Shown piece after piece: positions 1 through 13,075 of a stretch of DNA of 64,000 nucleotides. The notes under the pieces were generated by a model. The model searched no databases and was not told the origin of the DNA. It saw nothing but the letters and a program-made list of their open reading frames with translations. This DNA is from Camelus ferus (lineage: Eukaryota). Every line of letters begins with the position of its first letter. Within the stretch, counting starts at the first letter, position 1. A program made the position numbers and the translations under genes. The stretch is taken from contig NC_045727.1 of the NCBI RefSeq assembly GCF_009834535.1, positions 6,572,001-6,636,000 on the forward strand, given 5' to 3'.

Positions 1-879
1 CTAATTATCTATCACTTGCCAAAAGCGACACGTTAGAATTACATGAAATAATGAAGGAATGCATTAGTAAACTTCAAAGTGCTATAAAAATGCCATAAAA
101 TATGATTTTAATGGTAATATATTTCATTATTAATAACAACAAAACCATTGTAAATGCTGAAGCATCAGTGAATATGTGCTAAGTTCTAATGAGCAGAAAA
201 GCTGAGAAACAGAAGACACAGTCACTGACCTCAAGGAGCTAGCAGTCCAATAATTGAGATAAAGGATGTTTTGGGGTTTTTTCAAGAGTGAGTTGCTAAG
301 GAACGTGTCAAGAAAGACCAAGATAATTCATGCTACTGTCAGCATGTGAAGCCGGTGGAGTTTCAATTACCCATGTACAGAGCAGAAGGATGCTACCGTG
401 TGTCTGAATTCCTTGAATCCACTCTGTCAGAGCGTGAGAAAGAAGGCTGGCGATATTCTAGCCAGCAGGGAGGAGTGGCTATCTTAGACCATGAGCTCAG
501 CACCTGGGCACAGAGGTGGGGGATTCTGTCAGAAATGGGACGGAACTGGCAAAGGAACATGAATGGATTTACTAGTTAGTTGTCTGACAGCGTGTAGGAA
601 TTACCCAGTTGTCATCAAGACAGAAAAGAAAAACAAACACTCCAAGCGGTTTAGTATTTTTAACTCAAATTGAACTGCATCTACTCGGCTGGCGTTCTGC
701 TTACGCGTTGATGGAAACCGTGACTTTGTTCTCGGGAACACACATTTCTCTGTCTCCTCCCATCGTACAAGTTACAAGGATGTTTTGGTCGCCTTTCTCT
801 CAGTCCACTGTGATTCACTGAAAAACAGATTTAAAAAAAAAAGATTCTGGGGGTTCTGTCCATTGACAGTCCTGGCAAA

Positions 880-1015
880 CCTCTTCCAAATTCCCTAGCA
901 CTTTTCCCAGGATCCAAGCAGATATTCTGAACCTGAAGACCCAAAGGAGGGTTCAGGAAACCTGTATTTTTATCAAGATTTCCCAGTTGACTTTTATGTG
1001 TACTCAGGTTTGGGA
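880..1015. mobile_element. hAT-Charlie DNA transposon fragment (MER5-like)
   Basis: Ends 'caggaaacctgtatttttatcaagatttcccagttgacttttatgtgtactcaggtttgggagacac', resembling recalled MER5 consensus; boundaries approximate. Confidence 0.5.
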
Positions 1016-1039
1016 GACACAGGGAATATCAGTGGACTA

Positions 1040-1590
1040 ATTCATTCACTCAACAGTTATTTACTGAGCACCTAGTATGCACTGGGGTCCAACTAAGCCC
1101 TAGAGCCACATGGAAGAAAAAAAAAGAGGGTTCCCATGTTCCATCTGCATGGAGTCTAGCATTAAGTTCTATCAACGGAAGGAGCATAAAAGTCCAAGAA
1201 ATGCGTAAGGTCAATGACAGTTGTTCTATAAAGGACAAGAATGGAGAGCGACTGCGGTCAGCCTCATTTAGATTGGGGGTTAGGTGGTCATTTCGACCAA
1301 GACTGAAAAGATTAGGCATAAACCAGGAAGAGAGTGAGGCAGGGGTGAGAATTCAGGTGAGAGGGGAAGGAAAGGCAGCATGAAGACTGGGAGGCTGGAG
1401 GCAGAGAGGTCCCCATGGGATGCAGCATTTCGATCAAGGTTAAGGGTGGGAGCAGGGAGAGAGGAGACCAGGGCCAGGTTAGCATGTGTCAGGAGTTCCG
1501 ATTTGATCCTAGGAGGCGGTGGGAAGCTGCTGGAGGGTTTTAAGCAGAAAGTGATATGATGTGAATTTACAGCCTTTCAAAAACATCACA
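1040..1590 (-). mobile_element. L2 LINE 3' fragment
   Basis: Starts with reversed L2 tail 'ttcattcactcaacagttatttactgagcacctagtatg'; later 'gggaagctgctggagggttttaagcagaaagtgatatgat' is typical L2 3' region. Confidence 0.75.
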
Positions 1591-2169
1591 GGGCCTCCTC
1601 CTCCCCTTGCGCTATTTTAATCATGTCATGCCCATGGATCAAAGTCCACTCTGCAATACGGAAGACCTGATTCCATTGCAGAGTCACGGGAGAAAAACTA
1701 GCGAGGAATTGGAGTCTCCAACCTCCTCTCTTATCACCTCTCCTAGAAGGTGGACAGAAGTCCCTCTTTAAGCTGAGCATGGGGTCACAGGGCAGGAAGA
1801 GGAACCCCACCAGTGTTGCACCCTGCCTCCCTCCTACTGCCTTTTCAGTTCCACACCTGCTAGAAATCAATCAGAGCTATCTTCTCCAGAGAGCAAAGTT
1901 ATCAAGTGCCCACTGCACAATAAACTCCCAAGAAGAGTCTCTCCCTGGAGTCCCCTGGGGGAATGGCCATTCTGGGCTGGAGAAGAGCAGAGTGCCCTGG
2001 GACTGGGGGTGACAAGTGTTTAGGATGCTGTGGTGGACGTCCTGTTTCATCTGCTCAGCGCCCAGGCCTCCTCCTAGTTTGGGTGAGGTTGACTCTAAAC
2101 CTGGCTCTAAGACTGGGGATGGCCCAGGACTGGCCACTCAGATGTTCACATAACCCTGGTCTTACTAAT

Positions 2170-2530
2170 TAACTCGATGATGGAGTTATGGCCCAATCAG
2201 AACCAAGGAGACGCTATTCTTTGACTTCTGGGGAAATGCTGGCCAGGGAGAGTACCGCCCTCCTTTTTAATGGGTTTGCTGAAAGGACAGGACATGAGCC
2301 TGGAGCTGCTGGTGGCCTTCTTGTCACCACAGGGGACAGCCTACCTGAGAATGGAGCCCACATGGAAGAAGTAAAGAGCTGAGATGCGGGAGAGAAAGAG
2401 CAGGATGTGAGGGTGTCACGTGAGCCTAGAGATCCAGCTGGAACTACTGGTGGTTCCACTGCGTGAATAAATAATTAAATATATATATATATTTGCCCAA
2501 TTCTCTTTGAGTTGGGTTTCTGGGTCTTGC
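2170..2530 (+). mobile_element. old MaLR LTR (MLT1K/L-like), degraded
   Basis: 'gagcctagagatccagc...ctttgagttgggtttctgggtcttgcc' resembles the 3' part of old MLT1 LTRs. Confidence 0.4.
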
Positions 2531-2854
2531 CACGCAGAGTCTCAACTTTTACAGAAGCATTCTCTCTCCTTTCCCAAACTCTCACTGCACAGGCTCAGCA
2601 AGATTTGGGAATAAATGAGACAGAGGTGGGTCACGCCAAGGAGTGTTACACTGGCTGTCTCCCTTCAGACGTGAGTTAACAGATGTGAGTCAGAATTCCC
2701 ACGAATGGGAAAGGAGAGAAGAGTAAGGAATGATGCAGTTGCGGCAGGCATGATTCAGACTAAACTCCTGGGAAAGAGGACCGTTCCTCCCAAAAGCCTT
2801 TCTGTGGTCCTTCCCTTAAATGGAGCAGGAAGCTCTTCCTCAATTCAACGGTCT

Positions 2855-2943
2855 AGGGAGGGAGGGAGGGAGGAAGAGAGGATGGGAGGAAGAGGAAAGA
2901 AAGGAAGACAGAAAGAAAGAAAAGAGGGAGACAGGGAAAAAGA
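2855..2943 (+). repeat. polypurine tract, (AGGG)4 followed by GGAA/GAAA-type repeats
   Basis: Read directly: agggagggagggaggg...gaaagaaagaaaagagggagacagggaaaaaga. Confidence 0.85.
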
Positions 2944-2964
2944 TTCTTTCCCAAATCAACAGTT

Positions 2965-3090
2965 CTCTACCCCGACCACAAGCTAGGGAGCTTTTGAAAA
3001 ATACTGACGCCCAAGTTCTACCTCCAGAAATTCTGATTTAATTCATTTTGGGTGGGAGGAAATACTAGCATTCTTTGAGAACCACTGAGT
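2965..3090. mobile_element. MER5-like hAT fragment
   Basis: 'gcttttgaaaaatactgacgcccaagttctacctccagaaattctgatttaattc...ttgagaaccactg'. Confidence 0.5.
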
Positions 3091-3104
3091 AGTACTGGTG
3101 TCGC

Positions 3105-3260
3105 CCCTGTGTGGCCCTTGGACCTGAAGCAGCCGCGTCACCTGGGAGCTTGCTGGAAGCGTGCAATCTCAGGCCCCATGGTGGACCTGCTGAATCCAAA
3201 TCTGCATTCTCACCTCATCCCCAAGTGATTCCTGTGAGCATTCAAGTTCAAGAAGTACTA
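3105..3260. mobile_element. MER5A (hAT-Charlie)
   Basis: 'cacctgggagcttgctggaagcgtgcaatctcaggccccat...gacctgctgaatccaaatctgcattct...ccccaagtgattcc' closely follows recalled MER5A consensus. Confidence 0.75.
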
Positions 3261-4949
3261 AGATGCAGGGACTCCAGCTTCAGTTCTGGGGAGAAAGCTG
3301 GCACAGCCCTGCGCCCTGCAGCACTGACGGTGTCTAGGAGGAGCCGTCTGCCCTGGGGGAAGGGCAGGTGTGGCTTCAGAAGCGGAGAGGAGAGGACGAC
3401 CGGTGCGGACCGCATCCAGGACGGGCTGACCTCGGTCAGTGCCCCCACAGCCTCCCTGTCGCAACCTGTTCGTCCAAGACAACTCGCTGTGCTGTGTACG
3501 GGGCGCTTAACTCACCCACAAACAGAGCAGCCCAGCCACAACTCCGGAGCAGCGGCATATAATTACACCGAGAAAATCATTTTTACGTTTCATTAGTGCT
3601 GTTTAATAGAGACGGTCTGCTCCCAGGTGTGACAGCCTGGGTGACAGGCTGGATTATCCACGTCCCCTTTCTACCAGCCAACGTTAATGTGCCTGTGAAT
3701 CACCCGGAGATTCTGATTCAGGGGATGGCGGGGGCGGGGGGGCTCCTGCCTCTCTAACCAGGTGGTGTTGATGCCACTGGTCCTTTGAGTATCGAGAAGG
3801 CCTCAGACTCCACAGATACACCCAGAAAGCCCACCTGGAAACCTTCCTGGGGTGAGGGTTTTCTCCAGCGTGGTCTCATTTAGTCCTAATGATGCTGTAG
3901 GGTGAGGCTGTTTAAAAAGTATTCCCATTTTCCATCTGAGACAACCAAGGTTCAGAGTCCACTCCAACCTCAGTCAGCTGAATTCCCAAATCAGCTGTGC
4001 AACAGAATCTCCCAGGGACTTTTTCAAACCATGCTCAAAATACACTCCCTGGAGGATTTCGATTCTGAGGTGGGTTCAGGAAGATGTATTTTTAAAAGGT
4101 CCTCGAGCAATTCCAGTGCAGCTAGCGAGTGGCAGGCCCCTGGGGATTACAGATGAAGCTGTCACTGCCTGTCCAAAGCAGCTCAGAGGAACTCGTGTGC
4201 TGCCCACTTTCTTTAAAGAGTAACTGAGTAACTGCTTCTTATTTTCTTTGTGTCCTTGACACCTAGCCCCATACCTGCCAAAAAAGCAACGGCTTAATAA
4301 GAGTTATCACCTCTAAATGAACTGAGAAACGGATGGCGGATGGATAGACGCACGTTGCGGTGGGGGAAGAAGGGAGGGAGGAATCAAGCTGGGGGTTCCT
4401 TGAGCTTGGCATTCACCCACCAACCTGCATCGAGTCCTTAGATGCATTTTTTAAGATCACAGATATAAAATAACAGGTACTATCTTAGCAAGTCAGCAAT
4501 TCAAGATGACATGTCTGTGTTCACAAGATGCACTGAAACTCTTATCAACTAACGGACAACACGGGCAGGGACTGATGGAGCAGGGAGGGGAGCCGGACGC
4601 TGCCCAAAGATGTGGAAGGAGGGTGTCAGCCTCTACGCCAACCAGCGTGACTCGCCCCCGCGCTGTGCGGCATTAACCTGCAGCCATGGCCTATCTGCAG
4701 AGAGCAGGCTTCCCTGACCCCTGGGCTCATTCCCACCCCCCTACCCCGCCCTTACATATTCGCCGTCTCTCTCGTTCTCCCAGTCTCCTTCTTGACCTCG
4801 CCTCCTTTTTATCTCCATGTCCTGCCTTCCTGTCTGTCTTGCTCCCTCTGGGATCTTAGAACCTTCTTTTCAAGGCTCCAGGCTCCCTGCCTCCACCTTT
4901 CTCTAGAGGTGACTTTGGGACCACTTTGTCATCAAAACCCATCCAGCCG

Positions 4950-6115
4950 CCATCAAGAGTGCAGACCCAGCTTTCAGCACAAGCATGAATTAAGTGAAGG
5001 TGGTCTTCATATTCCCACCATCCCCAGCCCTGTTGGAACTCAAGCTACCCTTTTCCCACCTCCTCATTCAACAGCCATCTCCCCATCCAGTCCCATGGCT
5101 TCCAAGAGCATATCTGCACTGATGATTCTGAAATTTATGTCTTCCATCTCAGCTCATCCCTTGACCTGCAGGCTTGCATATCCCACTGCGTGATTAGGAT
5201 GTCCACCTGGGACTCCAGCACAGCTCTGAAGCTTACCATGTCTAAAACCAAACCTCTAACTCTCCTCCACTCTCTTCCCACGCTCCTCCGCACCTCAGTT
5301 ACAAGACCAGCATTTGCCCAGTTGCTCAGTCATCCATGACCACTTCCGTCTCTCACTCCAAGAGGAAATTCTTCAGCCAATCCTGAGAGCTCAACCTTCA
5401 CGATACATCTCAAATCTGACCCCTTCTTCCAGCCCCGCTGCTACCACCGTGGTCCAAGCCAGCACCTCCTCTCTGCTGGATAATTACAACACCCTCCTCA
5501 CTGGTCTTCCGGCTTTTCCTCTTGCCTCCCACTACAGTCAGGCTCCATACAGAGGCCAAAATGAGTTTTTCAAAATAGATATCAGCTCACCTCACTCATC
5601 TGCTGGAGACCCTCTCAAAGCGTGACGTCCACCATACAGACACCCAACCGTGGCTTCCAAGGGTCTACACAACCTGGTTCCTGGCTAGGTCTTCAATCAC
5701 ACTTGCTGACAGTACTCTTGACTGTTTCTGTCCAACACCACGCCACCCCACCACCCCACCACCTCTCTGCCTTTGGACTTCCTGCTGGTCTAGTCTTCAC
5801 TCAGAAATTCACGTAGTTCACTCGCTGCTTCAGATCTTTGCTCAAATATCACCTCTCCAGAGGGTGTTGAAAGTGATACCCTACCCCTCCTGCCCCGCTG
5901 CCCCTGCCTCGCTGTCCATATGACTTTCACCGTCTCATTATATTTATACACACACACACACCGCTACTCACACGTGTATTTGTTGATTGTCTGTCTCCAT
6001 CCAACAATATGAACCTCAGGAGACCTTTTCTGTGCTGATCTCACCTGTATCCCTCATGCCATGGACAGTGCCTGCAGCATAGTAGTTATTTACCCTCACT
6101 GTTGAACAAATGGGT
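4950..6115 (+). mobile_element. L2 LINE, ORF2 C-terminal remnant plus 3' end
   Basis: From 5109 one frame reads HICTDDSEIYVFHLSSSLDLQACISHCVIRMSTWDSSTALKLTMSKTK, a decayed L2 RT 'YADDSQIY...LKLNMSKTE' segment; ends with L2 tail 'cagtgcctgcagcatagtag...gttgaacaaatg'. Confidence 0.85.
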
Positions 6116-6544
6116 GACCTGTCTGTCCCTACCTTGCTCAGCAAGGTGTTATCTGAGTTATAAGAACCAGGCGTTGTCCCTTAGCATGTAGCTCATTGTC
6201 CTGGCATCTTGCTTTTCAGCAGATTACCTGATAAATGCTTGCTACCGCAGAGCTTGTTAAATAAGTAATGCAACATTCACGTCCCAGAATTCTACGTATT
6301 CTTACCCCATCTTTCTTAAAAAGCCATAATGCCTCTAGAAAAGAAGACAAGGAGGGTACACCCAGAACTGAGAATGAAATCACCTCTGCGTCTTGAGATT
6401 ATGGCTAAAGGTTGGTTTCTTCACTGGCTTTGCTCCATTTTTTAATTTTCCACGATGAAAATGCATCCCTTGTGCAATCAAATCCAATTTTTAAAAAAAT
6501 TTCACTGTGTTCTTGTTTAGAGGTAAAACAACGAATCGTTTAAG

Positions 6545-6700
6545 ACTCTGAGAGACGCTGTGCTGAGACCTGGATTCTCACCTCTGCTCCTCAGGCTGCC
6601 TCAGACACGTCACAGTTTCTCGGGACTCAGTTTACTCCTCTGAAAAATGGGGGCATCACCTGGTATTCTGGATAGAGAAGTGTGATGAGGCTCCCATGGC
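6545..6700 (+). mobile_element. MIR SINE fragment
   Basis: MIR core 'ctcagtttactcctctgaaaaatggggg'. Confidence 0.55.
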
Positions 6701-8599
6701 AGTGTCTCCACACAAATATCCGGGAAACAGTAGCACACTTTGAGGGGTTAGCACTAATGAACTATTTCCAGGGCACTGGTGGGGATTATAACACTTAGTC
6801 CCTACTTAGCAAAGACGTGCGCACATCCCCGCTTCACCCAAAAGCCTTGGTGGAAATGTAGGAGTGGAGGGAGGCAAGTGGAGAAACCAGTTCTTCATCA
6901 GGCAGCCCCTTTGTCCCCTCCAGGTTACCATTAGCTAAGTGACCACCCACTGTTTATGGATAAGACCTAGGTTTCAGGGTATTCTCCTGAAATGACCCTT
7001 CCAGGGAGGAGAGATACAGAGGAGCTCAAGGAGGAGATGGAACCAAGTAAAACCCCCTTCCTTTCCTTTTCTTTTTCCCTTCAAGTCAGATCCCGATTCC
7101 CAACTGTCCCCCATCACCTGCCCAGACACCCCCCCCCACAAACACATGCATATAACTAAACAGCCTTCATTTCGCTTGTGATGATTTCCCCTTTAAAAAT
7201 AAAAGTGGGTCTGAGAGTCTGTGATATTTTGCTCAAATCGAGCTGAGTGCTGCCGACAAAGGATGACGGCAGCCCCAGGCACTGGCTCATTACCCTTTCC
7301 TAATGTCTCCACCACCATCTCAGAGGAGAAGGCTCACTGGGCAGCCACCAAATGAGAACTCCATTAGGGCTCCTCCCCATGACAGGGGCCTCAGTCTCCC
7401 TATCTGTAAAACCAGGAGGCTAGACTGGAATGAGGAAGCGGACAGTTACGTATCTCATATAGATCAAGTGTTTGAAATACGAAAGAAACCAGCCCGAACC
7501 CTTATCCCACAGGCAGTGACAGACCCAGCGCCCTTCCCAAGTGGCCCGGGGACCTGTAGGAATGGGGATGAAGGCTGCATTTCTCCATCTCTGAGTTCCC
7601 CAGTTTGCCAAATTTGGTTTAGTTTACAGGTCATCAGTTTAGCATCCTACAGGCTCTCTCGGTTTTCCCATATTATATAACATCTCATACTGGACGCTCC
7701 CCTATTCCTTCATTCCCGTAAATGCCACCAACACAAGTCTCTGTATGTAAAACAGACTGTTACTTTCAGTTTTGGTCAACAAACTACTTAAAATTGGGAA
7801 TGCGGTATACTGAGCTTTGAAATCCTCTCCACCAGCACGAGGTCCCCATGTCTTCCCTTCTGTCTGAGGGTCAGCTATCCGTCAGGTGGTGCAGCCTCTC
7901 CTCCCTACAAGCCCCTTTCATTCCCTCTCTTCCCTTCTCACCCATGACCTTGAAGTCCTATTAATTATGCAGAGCAATTTAGTTCTGTTTTGCTGTGTTC
8001 TTACAGCTTATGCTTCTCAGGGCCTGTCTTCAACACTTAAAATAGCCTAGAAAAATACATTCCAAGACAAAGACTGTTTTTTTCTCTAAAAGGGTTCTGA
8101 TAGTAAACTGTGTACAGCTTTTCTGACCCCTGCTCAAATACCTGCCATAAATCCCTAGTACCATGCCTGAAGCAGACATCACCAATCAATCTCACCATTA
8201 TTTGCCACTAAAGGCGTCTCTTCCCAACAGAGAACTATAAGCAGCCACCACTGATCAATTACAGCTGCCACCCTAAGTGCAACCTTTTTTGGCAAATTCT
8301 GAGCCCCAGGTGACCTCAAAGTTTCCTTCCAGCTTTGGCTTTCAAGGGTCTGGTGAGACTAGAATATTCACTGAATAAAACCAGCTGAGGACATCATTAG
8401 TCCATGGAAATGTTGCAGGAACTCTGAATCGGATATACTCCGACCTCAGACTTCCCTCTTCCCTCAGCTCCAATAGTCTGCCACAGATCTGCAAGTGGCC
8501 CACATTTGATTATTCCTTGGGATTAAAATATAAAAGATCATGGTTAAATAAGAATAGCACGACCTCATTCTCTAGAATGGTGTCGCCTCATCCTTTTCT

Positions 8600-8880
8600 T
8601 TGAGTTGACTTCCTCCGAGTCAGCCTTCTGGGCTCGGCTAAAATGTCACTTTCTTCAAAAAGACATCTCTGCGACCTCCCCCTCCAAAACAGAGATCAGG
8701 TCCCCCTCCCCTCACTATGAGCCCTTATAGCACCATGCCACTCACCTCTGTAAACTTCATCATCATTTAATTCTATCATTATTACTTGTCCACCTTCGTA
8801 TGGACTCCAGCCCTACCACCAAGACGTGCCTGCACCTAACAGATGCTCAATCAGTATTTGCTAAATGATGAATTGATTAC
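8600..8880 (+). mobile_element. L2 3' fragment
   Basis: 'aaatgtcactttcttcaaaaagacatctctg...cagatgctcaatcagtatttgctaaatgatgaattga'. Confidence 0.6.
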
Positions 8881-9289
8881 TGATTAATTAATATCTACTT
8901 TCTGGGGTGGCTGTGAGACTTCGAGATGCATGCTGTATATAACGTGTTTAGCAAAGTGCACGTGTTCCACAAAGGACAGTAATAAAAGTATGACTGATAC
9001 AGGGTTCTGCACCCTCTCTCTATACAGCGTCTCAGTTAGTCCTCACAAAATCACACATGAAGGCACTGTGATTGTTCCCAGGCGGTAAGAGAGGAAACTG
9101 GAGCTCGGAGAAGTAAGTGAAGGGCGCCAATGCTGCAAAGTGGCACCACTGAGATGGGTGCCTAGGCAGCTTAGCCTCAGAGCCTCCGCCTGAGGGTGGT
9201 CCAAGAGGGATGGGGGAGGGCCTCAGGGTAAGGACTGGAAGGTGAGGGAGGGCCCCACTGGAAGGGAAGGGCCAGTGCAGTAGACTGGC

Positions 9290-9505
9290 TGAGACTTGAG
9301 CCTTCGAGTCAGAACAGCCTGAGCTCCCATCCCTCTTGCAGCCACTTCCCAGCTGGGTGCCTTGGGCAAGTGATTTAACCTCGCTGAACCTCAATGTTCT
9401 CCTCCATAAAATGGGGGTAGTAAGACCTGTATCTGTCATTGTATGACGTTGATGAAACAAGATCCTATTAGCAAAGCACTTGGTACACTGCCTGATGCAT
9501 TATAT
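9290..9505 (+). mobile_element. MIR SINE
   Basis: 'ccttgggcaagtgatttaacctcgctgaacctcaatgttctcctccataaaatgggg...aaagcacttggtacactgcctga'. Confidence 0.75.
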
Positions 9506-11559
9506 AGTTCTCATAAAAACAGAACCAAATTATTCCTTCCTCCTCATGCTCTTCTCTTCCCTCTCCCATCTTCCCCTATCCCCCTCAGTGCTTGCATATG
9601 CCATTTGAGTCTTAGAACATAATCATTTTTAAGTGGGTAAAGGAGCTAAGTAGAGGCTTCTTGACCCACCACCCAGTGGTATGTGCATTTGGAGGAGAAC
9701 TGGGGTTTTTTCCCTTAATGCTTTGAAACAAAGAGAGCTTACTGGGCACAATGAATTGTTCAAACTGCCAGAGATTTGAAAGTGGAGGGGTAAACAGATG
9801 CTGCTTGGAGCACTGTGCTCATTAACTCAGAGAAAGGATGCATTTCCTATGCATGATTAACTCCCCATCGTCAGTGATTTATACAGCAGATGATCATATG
9901 AGAATTCATTATTCCACAGACGGAGTCTGGGCACTAGGCATTCAGCCTCCCTGGGACAGCTCTGTTCCCTAAAATTCCTGGGGTGTCTGTGGTTTGTGCC
10001 TTGACCCAGGAAGATGCTGTTTGTTTCTGGCCCAGTTCTCCCAAGGGCTCTAAAAAGGGCAGTGATCCAAAGCGGCCCAGGAGGGAGCCACAAGACCTCC
10101 CTCTGCTCCATGACTGGAAGGGATCCGGAACCCAGCTGTCTTTGGTCTCCATTATGTCTCACCATTGCTTACAGGAACACCTGTACATTGGAATACAAAG
10201 CCAAGAATGGCAGGGCTCATATTCAACAGAGAAAGGGCCAAAAAAAAGAGTCAGCCTCACAGATTTCAAGCTCTAGAGAGATATGTCAAGTATTAACTGA
10301 GCACCTACTATGGTATTACAAATCCAGAACATCATAGCCTTTTCTCCCTACATTGGATGGACAATGTCTTCCTCGAAGGTTACGTGAGTACCTTTGATGC
10401 TGAGTTAGCAGGCAAAATCTGAGGGCTCTCCACTGCCCTTGCCTGCCAGAAAAGGGTAATTCTACTGCAAGGGCTTTCATTAACCATCAGTGGCACAGAG
10501 GCCAAAGGATCAGGGACCAAAAGTATTCCAGAGGGAGATCTCTGCCCTCCGTGACGTCCAGTCAAATAGCCTTACATCGGTCACCTTGAGCCAGGCTTTG
10601 CTGGGAAGATGGTGCTCAATTAGACACATTCCCCACCCATGAGGAGCAGTGATGGTGTAGGGACCTGGAGAATTAGGGGACAACGTTTCCAAATGTCCCT
10701 TTCTAGGTTTTTCTGTGATGAATTCTTTACTAGGGACTCATAAACAAGGGAAAAATAAGAACCACCCTTGCATGAATTTTCCATAGAACTAAATTTATTT
10801 CATTATTAAGATGATTCCTTATTTTGAAATAATGCCCTTCCTTCCCCTTTTCTCTTTTTCTGTTTAAACGAATTGCTTTTATGAAATGATGGTGGTGATA
10901 AGATTTGAGTGTTTCAAGGTCTTTTGGGCAAAGTCAAAAGTTGCTAAATCTATGTCAGACACCCCCCCCCCTTTCAAGTGCTATTGGTTCAGGAAATCTC
11001 TAAATTGGGCACCTACAGCTATATATAAAAGCAGTATAGATAAAACTCAGCAAAGAGGGTGAGAAACTTCATTTGGGTGAAATCAAGAAAGGCTTCAAAA
11101 GAGCTGACATTTGGGCTGAGACTTTAAAGATGGATGGGCTTTGTATACCCAGAGTTTGAGGTAGATTTGAAAGGGCACTCCAAGAGGGGGACACAGCTGG
11201 AACAAAGGCACCGGGATGGGCACAGAATCCTGCAATGAGTCAGGCTGCAGGGATAGCACAGACCTCGTTTGTAACCAGAGTAATGGATTCCAGACTGTGA
11301 GCCACCGCCTTCTAGAGGGCTGTAGAGGTATTGCAAGGTGCCTGCCAATTTTCATACCAATTTGCCAAAGCCTTAGCCCTAGCACGACTACTTTTCAAGT
11401 GTCTGTAGATCTACTTATTCAAACACATTATTGAATTCATACATGCATTGGTCAACAAATGTTTTCTCGAGCAAAGTATACTAAAATATCAACTATAATT
11501 ATGTCAATCTATGATTTTTTTTTTAATGTCAAAAAGGGAACCTCAGACTATTCCCTAAG

Positions 11560-11880
11560 CATTCATTCATCAGGTATTCACTGAGGGCCATATGTGCCAG
11601 GCATATGACACAACTTGCTGTGCTTAGCAAGATCTGGAGGAGGGAGGCCGGTGAGGAGGATGTTGCAACTTGGATGACAGATGAAGAAATGACTTAGACT
11701 GGAAAGATAGCAAAAGAAAGGATGAAAAGTAGCCAGACTAAGGCATATTTCAACAGTAGAATAAACCAGACTTGCTGGTGGATTTGATGGCTGGGGGGTC
11801 AGAGAAAGAGGAATAAAAAAATTACTTCTGGGATTTTAGCCTGGATGACTGGTTAGATGGTCATATGAGAAAATGGGAAA
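11560..11880 (-). mobile_element. L2 fragment
   Basis: 'cattcattcatcaggtattcactgagggccatatgtgccaggca' and 'ccagacttgctggtggatttgatg...ttctgggattttagcctggatgactgg'. Confidence 0.6.
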
Positions 11881-12914
11881 AGGCTGGAAACCACTGGACA
11901 ACAGAGTGGGGCTTGTGAAGGTGGGGGTGAGAGGGTCACTGGAAATAATCCTGGAGGTCAGATCAAGAGGGTTGGGGACCTTAAATGCCAGAGCAAGAAG
12001 TCTAAATATTCATAAGTGAAGGCACTTTCTTTAACCATCCCAAAAAGTCAGCAGCTTGGAATCCATGAGAATGCTTAGAAGAGATGCTCTTCATTCAACT
12101 CCTCTTTCTGAGTACCAGCTGTATACAAGACACCACACTTGGCATCACGGGGAACACAAAGATGACAAGACATAATTTCTGCCCTGAAGGCACCATCAGC
12201 TGATCAAGTGAGTCTCAAGACTTGCAGATGAGAAGAGCAAGTGTCCTGTCTTTGAACAGTGGCATAATAAGATAGGCTCTGGTGGGAAGCTGGGATTCTG
12301 GAAGGTGCCAAGATCTCTATGAGGAATCGGTTGGAAATATCCTAAGTTACATCAGGGTGGGTCTTCCTTGCATCTTTTTGTCAAAAGGTTCATCCTCATG
12401 CTACATAAAAACAGGCTTGTTTGTTCAGTTCCCACTCTGCAGCCTTACCCTGACAACTGAAAGGGACCCCACTGGTGCACCCAACCCTGACACCCTTTTC
12501 TAGCCCAATGCATCCATCACCCAGAGGCGGCGAGTACGGGCTGCTCGGCTCACATCTGCCCTCGGGGAGAACTGCTCTCAAACAGGAGCCACCTAGCTTA
12601 GAAAACCCACTTTGGGCACACCCCTCCCCAAGGCATCCTGTATCCAATGACTAACTGACCTGGAGTTTAAAAAGGCTCACCCCATTGCCTCAAGGCAGGA
12701 TCAGTTCTGCAGCTCAGTCCATACTCTCGAGCCCCCTGTGGGATCAGGCTGTAGTCAGTCTCCAGTTGAGATCACATCCTTATTTAATTCCTTCTCCTGC
12801 GCTTTCCTGCCTCCCTCACTCCCTTGCTTCCAAGACCTCAGCCTATCACATGCATGAAAACCCCAGGGAACCCAACCTCAGATATCAACTCTGCACTTTA
12901 CTCTCGAACACAAT

Positions 12915-13075
12915 GCTATTGTTAACAATAGCTAACATTTCTGAGCTCCTACTATGTGCCAGACAGCACGAGAAGTGCTTCATGCACCTTACCTTCTATG
13001 ATCTCAAAGTTCAACATCATTGCATCCATTTCACAGATGAGAAAACTGAAGCCCTGACAGGTTATTATGAGTGGC
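12915..13075 (-). mobile_element. MIR SINE
   Basis: 'aatagctaacatttctgagctcctactatgtgccagaca...ccatttcacagatgagaaaactgaagc'. Confidence 0.7.
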
